DNA of 64,000 nucleotides from an uncultured bacterium (GTDB lineage: Bacteria; Chloroflexota; UBA5177; JANWHV01): positions 480,001-544,000 of the forward strand of contig CAWHAE010000016.1 of NCBI GenBank assembly GCA_963827235.1, in the 5' to 3' direction. The position numbers and the translations under genes were made by a program. Each line of letters starts with the position of its first letter. The first letter of the stretch is position 1. Below are positions 19,638 to 27,917 of this stretch, piece by piece. Under the pieces are notes generated by a model, which saw only the letters and a list, made by a program, of their open reading frames with translations, searched no databases and was not told the DNA's origin.

Positions 19638-20900
19638 TCAGCCCGGGAAAGGCACGCCCAGCTCGGCGCTCAACATACGCAGGCCCTGCACCGTCTTGTC
19701 GTCGAGCGGCACGCCCACTATCTTGTGGTGCTCCGTAGCCTCATCCTCCGGCTGGCCCGCCACCAAGACACGCTCGGCACCGGGCATCGGCGGTGTCTCC
19801 TTGAGCTCGCGAATCAGGTGATCCACGCGCTCGCGGAACTCGCCGGTCGGCATCACGAGATCCGGCCTGAAAGCCATGAAGAAGTGGCCGATGTTCGACG
19901 GCTGCTCCGTCCCCCAGAAGCCTGCCAGGTGCGGTCCATAGCCGGCGCCGGACAGAATGCCGGACAACACGTCGACGAGAATGGCAAGGTCGTAGCCCTT
20001 ATGTCCTCCGAGCTCGCGCGTACCACCTAGCGGCATCGGCGCTCCGCCGTCAAGGGCCGCGTTCGGGTCCGTGGTGGGCAGGCCGTTTTTGTCGACGGCC
20101 CAGCCGGCCGGCATACTCTTGCCATGGCGAGCGGCAACTTCTAGCTTCCCGCGTGGCACGACACTGGTCGCCATATCGAGCACCCACGGCCGCTCATCCT
20201 TTGCCGGCACTGCCACTGCGATCGGATTCGTGCCCGTCATGATCTTCTTGCCGAAGGTCGGCATGACCAGGGGCGTCGTATTGGTGAACGCCCATCCCAC
20301 CATGTGGTACTTGAGCGCCATCATCGCGTAATAGCCCGCTATGCCGAAATGGTTGCTGTGGAATACGGCGGCAAGCCCAATGCCGGACTGCTGCGCCTTC
20401 TCGATTACCCGGTTCATCGCATAGAAGCTGGCCACCTGTCCGAGACCGTTGCCGGCATCGATGCGGAGACTCACGGGCGTCTCATGAACGACCTCGACTC
20501 GCGGATGGACCTCGATCAGGCCGCCTCGAATGCGCTTAACGTACTGGTAAAGACGTGCCACGCCGTGCGAGTCGACGCCGCGCAGGTCAGCCGCCACCAG
20601 TACATCGGCCGTGATCCATGCATCCTGCGGCGGCACGTCCAGCGAGGTGAGCAGCTCTGTGACGAACGTGCGCAACCGGTCCGCGTCGACATACAGGGCT
20701 CCGCTGCTGTCGACCACGGGAGGGAGCGTCTGCAGATCGGCGAGAAGCGCTCGCAACGTCGGGCCGTCCAGGTGGTCCAGAGCTCTGTCAGGCTCCGCCA
20801 CGTGGAGTCTGGTCAGCAGGTTAGCCACGGCCTTCCGGGCCTGCTCAGCCCCGAGCTGATCGTCACTGGTGCGATCGACGCTGGCAGCATCCGTTGACAT
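19638..20900 (-). CDS. Ldh_2 family (malate/L-lactate/ureidoglycolate) dehydrogenase
   Basis: ADLRGVDSHG, SNHFG, GTNPIA, DMATS, HKGY. Confidence 0.9.
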   Translation of the reverse strand: MSTDAASVDRTSDDQLGAEQARKAVANLLTRLHVAEPDRALDHLDGPTLRALLADLQTLPPVVDSSGALYVDADRLRTFVTELLTSLDVPPQDAWITADVLVAADLRGVDSHGVARLYQYVKRIRGGLIEVHPRVEVVHETPVSLRIDAGNGLGQVASFYAMNRVIEKAQQSGIGLAAVFHSNHFGIAGYYAMMALKYHMVGWAFTNTTPLVMPTFGKKIMTGTNPIAVAVPAKDERPWVLDMATSVVPRGKLEVAARHGKSMPAGWAVDKNGLPTTDPNAALDGGAPMPLGGTRELGGHKGYDLAILVDVLSGILSGAGYGPHLAGFWGTEQPSNIGHFFMAFRPDLVMPTGEFRERVDHLIRELKETPPMPGAERVLVAGQPEDEATEHHKIVGVPLDDKTVQGLRMLSAELGVPFPG

Positions 20901-20969
20901 TGCGCGCACGCCCTCTCCTAGAAACTCGTTCTACTTCGTCCATCTGCAGCGTACCAGAACTGCGAGCGC

Positions 20970-22679
20970 CTACCTGCGCCCGAATTGGCGCTCCAGAGCC
21001 GACGTGCTGAGCAGGATCATGGTGGGCCTGCCGTGCGGGCACGTGCGCGGGCGATCGGTCGTTTCCAGCCGCTGAATCAGATAGCGCATCTCCGGCAGAG
21101 ACAGCGCCTGGCCGGCCTTGACCGCCGCCTTGCAGGCCATTGTCGCCAGCATCTGATCCTGCTGGACACCGCGCTCCTTACCGGATGCCAGGTCGTCGAG
21201 CAGCGCTGTGATCGTCTCGCCTACCGGAGCATCGACCAAGGAGGCAGGCACCGCGCGCACGAGGCACGTGCCGACTCCGAACGGCTCGACCTCGAAGCCG
21301 AGGGACCGCAGCACGTCCGCACTCGTGGCCAGAGCGTCCATGGCCGAGGGCGAGAGGTCGATCAACACGGGATCCAGGAGCGATTGCACGGCCACGCTCC
21401 GAGATTCAACCTGGCTGCTGAGTTCGTCGTAGAGGACTCGCTCGTGGGCAGCATGCTGGTCGACCATGTAAACCCCATCCGGACCCTCGGCAATGATGAA
21501 TAGAGCACCGGCTTGCCCCAGTACCCGTAACGCAGGCAAGGACCGCGGCGATTCAGACGACTGAGATGGAGTGCCATCCACGGTCACCGGAGCTTCCTGG
21601 GGCTCGAGCAACGACATCTGCTCTGCTTGCTGACCACCGTCCGGAGTGTCGGCGGGTTGGAGCGTTGTCGTGGGCGTGAAACCGGACACGATTGCCGCAC
21701 CGACCGTGTGCCGGATCGCCCCGAATACCTCCCGCTCGTTGAGAAAGCGCACCTCGGCCTTCGCGGGGTGGACGTTGACGTCGAGCTGTTCGCCGGGTAC
21801 CAGCAGCGACACCACGCCTACCGGATGCCTGCCGGACATGAGCATGGATTGATAGGCATCCTCGAGTGCCACGTGGAGCAGGCGATTCCGTACCCAGCGG
21901 CCGTTGACGAAGAATGTCTGCTGGGCACGCGTGCCTCGGGTGTAGCCCACGACGCTCGCCAGCCCGCGCACCGCGATGCCGTGCCGATCGCCGTCGAACT
22001 CCCGGAGATGCTCGACGACCTGGATGTCGTACACGCAGGCAACCACGTCGCGCAATGTGGCCGAGCCGGGCGTCGAAAACACGGTGCGGCCGTCGACGGC
22101 CAGTGTCATGGCCACGCCCGGTCTGGCGATCGCGTACTGTGTGACGACTTGTTGCGCGGCCATCGCCTCCGCCTGCCGGCCCTTCAGAAACCGCCTGCGA
22201 ACGGGCATGTTCTCGAACAGGTCGCACACGTCGATCGTAGTGCCCGCGGGCAAGCCGGCAGAGCTCTTCTCGAGAACGGCGCCGCTCGACACGAGAACCT
22301 GTGATCCAGCCTGCTCGTCAGCCGCTCGCGTGCGCAGGCGCACGGTCGACACGGCGGCTATACTGGGCAACGCTTCGCCGCGAAAGCCAAGCGTGTCTAT
22401 GGCCGACAGGTCCTCCAGCACGAAGAGCTTGCTCGTGGCGTGGCGTTGGAAGGCAAGCTCCACGTCGGCGGCACGTATGCCGCAGCCGTCGTCGTGGACG
22501 CGGATGCGGTCGAGCCCGCCACCCTCGAGCTCAACCCGCACGTGCGTCGCACCGGAGTCGATAGCGTTTTCGAGCAGTTCCTTGACCACCGAGGCTGGGC
22601 GCTCGATTACCTCGCCGGCCGCTATCTTCGCCGCCACGTCGGGAGCGAGTGTGTGGATATGTCCCGGCTGATTCTGCAT
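20970..22679 (-). CDS. mutL: DNA mismatch repair endonuclease MutL
   Basis: IAAGEVIERP, GFRGEAL, DQHAAHER, ACK, CPHGRP. Confidence 0.97.
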   Translation of the reverse strand: MQNQPGHIHTLAPDVAAKIAAGEVIERPASVVKELLENAIDSGATHVRVELEGGGLDRIRVHDDGCGIRAADVELAFQRHATSKLFVLEDLSAIDTLGFRGEALPSIAAVSTVRLRTRAADEQAGSQVLVSSGAVLEKSSAGLPAGTTIDVCDLFENMPVRRRFLKGRQAEAMAAQQVVTQYAIARPGVAMTLAVDGRTVFSTPGSATLRDVVACVYDIQVVEHLREFDGDRHGIAVRGLASVVGYTRGTRAQQTFFVNGRWVRNRLLHVALEDAYQSMLMSGRHPVGVVSLLVPGEQLDVNVHPAKAEVRFLNEREVFGAIRHTVGAAIVSGFTPTTTLQPADTPDGGQQAEQMSLLEPQEAPVTVDGTPSQSSESPRSLPALRVLGQAGALFIIAEGPDGVYMVDQHAAHERVLYDELSSQVESRSVAVQSLLDPVLIDLSPSAMDALATSADVLRSLGFEVEPFGVGTCLVRAVPASLVDAPVGETITALLDDLASGKERGVQQDQMLATMACKAAVKAGQALSLPEMRYLIQRLETTDRPRTCPHGRPTMILLSTSALERQFGRR

Positions 22680-22690
22680 GGTCCCCCACA

Positions 22691-23350
22691 CTAGTGGCGG
22701 CTGATCGCGGCTTCCACGGCCGCCAGCACGGCGGAGGATGCCCGCTCGCCGCGTGCGAGCAGGGCCGCCAGGGCGGCAGTGCGAGGCTCCGTGTAGCTTG
22801 TGTCCTTGATCGCCGTCAGGTTGATCCTCACGTTCAGGGCTGCAGCCTCCGTCCCGGCTCGAGCCGACAGCACGGCAGCGCCCGCATCGCTGATCACGTT
22901 GCGATTGGCAATCGAGGCAACCCGCTCAGTCAACTCCAGCACCGCTACTCCCACTTCCGCCGTGCGCATCGGCACGGCAGTGGCTGCCTTCAGGGCCTCC
23001 TGGATGCGGCCGGAGCGCACTGCTTTCTCCTCTGCCGTGGTCCTTGGCAGCCCGTACGCGGCGGCCACGTCCTCGAAAGCCGCGGTGTCTTCCTCGCGCA
23101 GTTGGTCGGCCTCTCGGCGAAGCACGGTCGAGGCCTCGCGCGTGTCGAGCATGAGCTGTTCGACATCCTTGTACTTCTCGCGACCGACCGTCAGATTGCA
23201 CACCATCTCGACCAGCGCGGCTCCAACCGAGATCAAGAGGCCGGCCGCTGCGCCGCCTCCAGGCGCTGGCGCCTCGGAGGCTAGAGCCTCCAGCCATCCG
23301 TTTACCGTCTCGTCCATGTCGTCCTCCCGTCTCAGCCTGTCGACAGGCAT
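22691..23350 (-). CDS. Formiminotransferase-cyclodeaminase/cyclohydrolase family (FTCD_C)
   Basis: PAPGGGAAA, MVCNLT, ISDAG, LNVRINL. Confidence 0.88.
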   Translation of the reverse strand: MPVDRLRREDDMDETVNGWLEALASEAPAPGGGAAAGLLISVGAALVEMVCNLTVGREKYKDVEQLMLDTREASTVLRREADQLREEDTAAFEDVAAAYGLPRTTAEEKAVRSGRIQEALKAATAVPMRTAEVGVAVLELTERVASIANRNVISDAGAAVLSARAGTEAAALNVRINLTAIKDTSYTEPRTAALAALLARGERASSAVLAAVEAAISRH

Positions 23351-23917
23351 GTTCCTCGCTCTTCAGTATGCAGCGGCAGGGGACCAGCCGGCGCGCAGAC
23401 GCCGCACACACGTTCGACCCCGCAGATGATTTCCACGGCGGACCTCGAAGCCCGCGTATTAGCCCCGCCTGCCTATGATATTCGTTGCGAAGCCACGGAG
23501 TAACACCAAGCGAAGAAGCACTTCCGGCGACTGAGAACCAAGCTGCAACTTGGTATCTCGGCGAGTTGGGTGGCTGCGGGTACGCCCGCGTTGGTGGTGC
23601 CGGATCCAGCGGCAACGTCTACGCGGGCTCAAGGAATCCGGACTCGGCCTATTTTGAGTGCCACTCAGGCCGGCTACCCGAGGTCGAGATAAGCTTCCAG
23701 CAACTGGCCTCCAGCAACTGGATTGTCGTGTATGCCGCCTTCGACGACCGGCACACGACCGGCTCGAACGAGTGCACCATGACGCGCTAGCCGGCGTTCG
23801 CTAGGCCGGAAGACCGGCGGTGACGTAGATATACTGCTCGTCACAGCGGACGGAGCCACCGGGGGTGCCGGCGTTCCGATCAGCAGCCCAGGTGCCGTGC
23901 TTGGCGCCCAGCCACCC

Positions 23918-24331
23918 TCAGTGACCAAGCGTGAGCACGCTGTTGGCGCGCTCGTGCCAGCGAAACGTCACGAGCGCGAAGCGTGAAGCAAGCTCTTTCG
24001 CCTGGTTGTTCAACGCCAGCATGCCGGCGTGCCGGACCTTATATTCCCCGTTGAGCTGTTTGATCACCAGCTGGCTGTCGCCCAGCACGCGCACGCGGTA
24101 GCTGCGTGGATCTTTGCCTGCTTTGAGCAGCGTCTGCACGATATCGGATAATCCCTCGATCAGCGCTCGATACTCGGCCTCGTTGTTTGTCACGCCGTCG
24201 CCGAACTCACGTCGCTCAACGCGAAAGCGATCGTCGCAGGTTCGTATCTCGTAGCTGCCGTACCCGAGGCCGGGATTGCCCTTCGACCCCCCATCAAACG
24301 TCAGTGTGTAATGTGGCGCTCCGGACTCCAT
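23918..24331 (-). CDS. Ribonuclease HI family protein
   Basis: FDGGSKGNPG, TNNEAEY, GDSQLV. Confidence 0.88.
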   Translation of the reverse strand: MESGAPHYTLTFDGGSKGNPGLGYGSYEIRTCDDRFRVERREFGDGVTNNEAEYRALIEGLSDIVQTLLKAGKDPRSYRVRVLGDSQLVIKQLNGEYKVRHAGMLALNNQAKELASRFALVTFRWHERANSVLTLGH

Positions 24332-24428
24332 GAATTCCCCCCGGCGGCTCAACCTCGTGCTTCTCCACACAGGGTACAATGCCAGAAGCACTGATATGGC
24401 ACGATGTGGCGATACGTCCGTGCCGCGG

Positions 24429-24457
24429 TTGACTTTTCAGAGGGGCGCCTGTACGCT
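24429..24457 (+). promoter_or_regulatory. Sigma70-type promoter, near-leaderless transcript
   Basis: TTGACT-17bp-TACGCT ending 10 bp before ATG 24467. Confidence 0.5.
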
Positions 24458-24466
24458 GACCTCGCC

Positions 24467-25030
24467 ATGACACAGAACCGATTCGGAGTACTTCTAAGCA
24501 CTCTGCTGCTCGGGCTGCTCACCGCGGCATTCTTCTTCGCGGCGCGGGAAGCGGTCAACCAGCTCAAGTCGACCGTGGCAAGCGCCAATCCGACCGCGAC
24601 CGCCACACCCTTGGTGCTCGTGGGGGCAAGCGCCACGCCGGCCGGTGGCAGCGCCCTGGCTCGTCCCACGGCGACCCCGGTACAGCAGGCCGCCGCACCC
24701 ACGGATACCCCTGTCGTGCAGGGAGCCGGCGTCATCGTGAACGGCTCCGGTGGCGACTATACCCATGCCAACACGAGTCTGCCTTCCGCGACGTCTCAGG
24801 TCTGGTGCCACATTATGGTTCCCACCTCTGTGACGGCGAGCCGGGTGACGTTTCGTTTCCAGAGGGTGGGCTCGCCGGGAGACTACTACGACTACCCCGA
24901 GTCTGTCGTATCCCAGGGCAACGAAGCATACATAGCCGGACCGCTGCAGAGCGGCCAGTGGCGCTGCCTCGTTCAGGCCGAGCCGAGTGGCAAGCTCATC
25001 GGCTCGACCTCATTTGCGATTGCGCCCTAA
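24467..25030 (+). CDS. Membrane-anchored or secreted protein with Thr/Pro/Ala linker and beta-rich domain
   Basis: N-terminal TM, PTATATP linker, two Cys in C-terminal domain. Confidence 0.75.
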   Translation: MTQNRFGVLLSTLLLGLLTAAFFFAAREAVNQLKSTVASANPTATATPLVLVGASATPAGGSALARPTATPVQQAAAPTDTPVVQGAGVIVNGSGGDYTHANTSLPSATSQVWCHIMVPTSVTASRVTFRFQRVGSPGDYYDYPESVVSQGNEAYIAGPLQSGQWRCLVQAEPSGKLIGSTSFAIAP

Positions 25031-25395
25031 GCGGAGGCGCAATGCGCCGTAGGAGCGAGCGCACTGGATGCGCCCGCGTGAATCCGGACTGACTCTAGCG
25101 AGCCTCCCGTGTAGACGGGTCCCTAAAGCCAGCCAGATATGTGCTATCTGCCTCGTTGCTCTGCCAACCCTGAGTGTTCACCGTAACGCCTGCATCTGTG
25201 TCGGGCTGCACCGTGGCAACGACCCGTCGCTGCCGGAACTGGCTGTTCAGGTGTCATGCCGCTTTGAGTCTCTCACAGAGCCCAGATTCCAGCCGTCGGC
25301 TGCCGTTGGCCTTTCCGATCTCGCAGCTCGAGTTCCCGTCCTTCCCGCCCGGAGGCCCAGGGCATGTGACCGAGTCGCGTGCCTGCGACGAGCCC

Positions 25396-26646
25396 TCAAG
25401 CGAACAAGCGCGGTAATCGCTTCTTCCAGGCCGTGGGCAGGATAATGTCGATGGCGTCGTCCACCGTGACAATGCCTTTCAGCTGACCGGCGTCGTCGAC
25501 CACGGGAACGGCGAACAGATTGTACTTGGCAATCAGCTTGGCGGCTCGATCCTCGTCGTCGTCCACGTGCACAACCGCGACGTCATGCAGCATGAACTCG
25601 GAAACCACCTGCGACGGCGGCGCCAGAATGATGTCGCGCAGCGTTACCACGCCGGTCAGCGTCTCACTTGCCAGATCCGTGACCACGAAAACGTAGTGAA
25701 TCACGTCGATTTCCGCGGCGGTGGCGCGAAGATGGTCCATGATCTGCGCTGCGGTCCAGGTCTCCGGCACCGCCACGTACTCTGTCGTCATGATGCCGCC
25801 CGCCGAATCTTCGCGGTAACTCAGCAGCTCCTTGACATCTTCGGACTCTTCCTGCTCCATCAGAGAGAGCAACTCCGTAGCTTTCTCATCCGACATCTCG
25901 CCGAGCACATCGGCTGCTGCGGAGGGGTCCATCTCCTCCAGGATGTCCGCTGCCTTTTCGCTTTCCATGCCTTCGAGCAGTGAGAGCTGGCGCTCCGGAG
26001 CTACTTCCTCCAGGGCCTCGGCAGCCGTCTCGTCGTCCATGCCCTCAAACAGGGCCACGCCCTCTTTGACGCTGAGCTGATCCACTATCTCGGCAAGGTC
26101 GGCAGGGTGTAGCCTGGCGAGATTCTCGTTCGACACGCGGAGCTTCAGCCCTCCCGATTCGCTGCCCAGCGTGTCCACGTCTTCCCAGCGGATGAAGTCC
26201 TCTCGGGGTCGTATGCCGAGTCTGCTGGCCACCTGCTGAATCCCCAGGCGGCGGAGCAAGGCACGGCCGCTGATGTCCACACCAATCAGTCTATAGTGCC
26301 CGTTGGTGCGGGCGAGCTGGAGATCGTTGACGCGCACCACCTTGTGACCCTCGACGTCGACGATCTGCCTATCGAGAATCTGCGTGGCGATGAACACGTC
26401 ATCACCTGCCGGCACGTAGGGCGTGATCTGATCGCGCAATTGCCGCAGGACGACGGTCGTGTCGAAGCTGAGGATCTGATCCCACGGCACGAGGGTGCTG
26501 TCGCGATGGCGGCCGTCGCGGATAGCCACCGCCTTGATGATCGGATAGTTGGTATCGGAAGACACCACGAGATCGGCGATCTTCCCCTGGGGTTGGCCTC
26601 TCGAGTCGAGAACCGGCCTCCCCGCGATCTGGCTGAAGAAGGGCAT
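25396..26646 (-). CDS. MgtE cytosolic-type protein (PRC barrels + MgtE_N + CBS pair), no TM domain
   Basis: LHPADLAEIV, YREDSAGGIMTTEYV, GIVTVDD then ends. Confidence 0.88.
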   Translation of the reverse strand: MPFFSQIAGRPVLDSRGQPQGKIADLVVSSDTNYPIIKAVAIRDGRHRDSTLVPWDQILSFDTTVVLRQLRDQITPYVPAGDDVFIATQILDRQIVDVEGHKVVRVNDLQLARTNGHYRLIGVDISGRALLRRLGIQQVASRLGIRPREDFIRWEDVDTLGSESGGLKLRVSNENLARLHPADLAEIVDQLSVKEGVALFEGMDDETAAEALEEVAPERQLSLLEGMESEKAADILEEMDPSAAADVLGEMSDEKATELLSLMEQEESEDVKELLSYREDSAGGIMTTEYVAVPETWTAAQIMDHLRATAAEIDVIHYVFVVTDLASETLTGVVTLRDIILAPPSQVVSEFMLHDVAVVHVDDDEDRAAKLIAKYNLFAVPVVDDAGQLKGIVTVDDAIDIILPTAWKKRLPRLFA

Positions 26647-26651
26647 AACAA

Positions 26652-26852
26652 AACCTCGTTTCAGGTCCGTCGCGAAGCACGCCATGCGAGGCTCCGCGTG
26701 TTGTTAGCGGTGTGCCAAGGACCAGACGAGGTTGAGGTTTCGTCAAAGGGGAAGGGTCTAGCTACGCAGCGGCGTCTCCCTCAAGGCGATGATCAACGTT
26801 CGTCGGTCCCGAGGCCTGTGCTCTGTACCCATATGCCTTTGCAGTGCTAGCT
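26652..26852 (-). ncRNA. Candidate divergent M-box(ykoK)-like riboswitch with SD-sequestering hairpin
   Basis: Ordered M-box-like blocks and anti-SD 26733-26719 complementary to 26668-26652. Confidence 0.4.
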
Positions 26853-27042
26853 GAGAAAAATCGCCCAACAGTGGGCACGCAACTCTCACCAGGACCAGCG
26901 TCCACGCGGATCATCACCCCCCTTCAGCTCCATGACCGGCCGGCTATGTGATGCTGGAATAGCGCACCTCCCTGTATGCGGAACAGGGCAGCTCCCAGCG
27001 GCAGCCGATCAGAGCAACGGCTAATCATATTCTCTAGTGTGT

Positions 27043-27363
27043 TCACTTGCGCAGGCTCACGTGCCACGCGATCATGGTTCCGTGCGGTCCCGCGCTGTAG
27101 CTTACCGTAACATATGAGCCTTGCTTGAACAAGAACCTGGAAATCGCCTTGCCGCTCTTCAAGAACTTGGTTTGGCTATTGACGACGAAGTGGTACGTGG
27201 TGTGATGCGTCTTCGAGTAGATCGCGAGCGCGGTCGACGTTATCGTGGAAATGGTGCCCACGTACATGTGATGCCGAGTGGCACCGGCGGCCGGAGAAGT
27301 CTGGATTGCCGCAAGCAGCAATGCCAGCGCGAGGACGATTGGAAGGCATCGTGTCGGGCGCAC
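27043..27363 (-). CDS. Small secreted basic beta-rich protein
   Basis: Signal peptide ending AGA; GTISTIT...VTVSY...AWHV, OB-like pattern. Confidence 0.7.
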   Translation of the reverse strand: MRPTRCLPIVLALALLLAAIQTSPAAGATRHHMYVGTISTITSTALAIYSKTHHTTYHFVVNSQTKFLKSGKAISRFLFKQGSYVTVSYSAGPHGTMIAWHVSLRK

Positions 27364-27527
27364 AATTCAATTCCTTTCCGAATCAGCAGGCCCTCTGCTT
27401 CGTGTATGATACAGTGCTGGTGGCGCGCGTGCGCGCGTAAAGTGCCTGACTCCGGCTATACTGTAGGACTGTAGGCGCCGGGGCGCGAGACAGTGCGAGT
27501 TCAGGTGCTCGCGGCACCGCAGTTGGA

Positions 27528-27902
27528 GTGACGCCTGTGAACGACGGGGCTATCGAGCTCGACAAGAGACCAGGCAAGATCGAGGTATCCCCCACGGCGA
27601 TCGCCACGGCCGCCAGCCGCGTCGTCCTCGAGTGCTATGGCGTTGTCGGCATTGCCCACCGCCGGCTCAAGCATGGCAAGGCAGATCTGCTGGATGACAA
27701 GGCCTACACTCGCGGAATCATAGTCACTATCGAAGGCGGTGAGGTAATCGTGGACGTCTACATCGTCGTCGAGTACGGCACGCGCATCTCCGAAGTCGCC
27801 AACAACGTGATCAGTGCGATCCGTGACTCTCTGCAACGCATGCTCGGTCCAGCGGCGATTCGCGTCAAGGTCAATATCCAGGGGCTACGCATCAGCAGCT
27901 AG
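27528..27902 (+). CDS. Asp23/Gls24 family protein (YloU-like)
   Basis: ECYGVVG, VEYGTRISEVA; upstream of DAK2 gene. Confidence 0.88.
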   Translation: MTPVNDGAIELDKRPGKIEVSPTAIATAASRVVLECYGVVGIAHRRLKHGKADLLDDKAYTRGIIVTIEGGEVIVDVYIVVEYGTRISEVANNVISAIRDSLQRMLGPAAIRVKVNIQGLRISS

Positions 27903-27917
27903 CAAGAGGGGGCCAGC

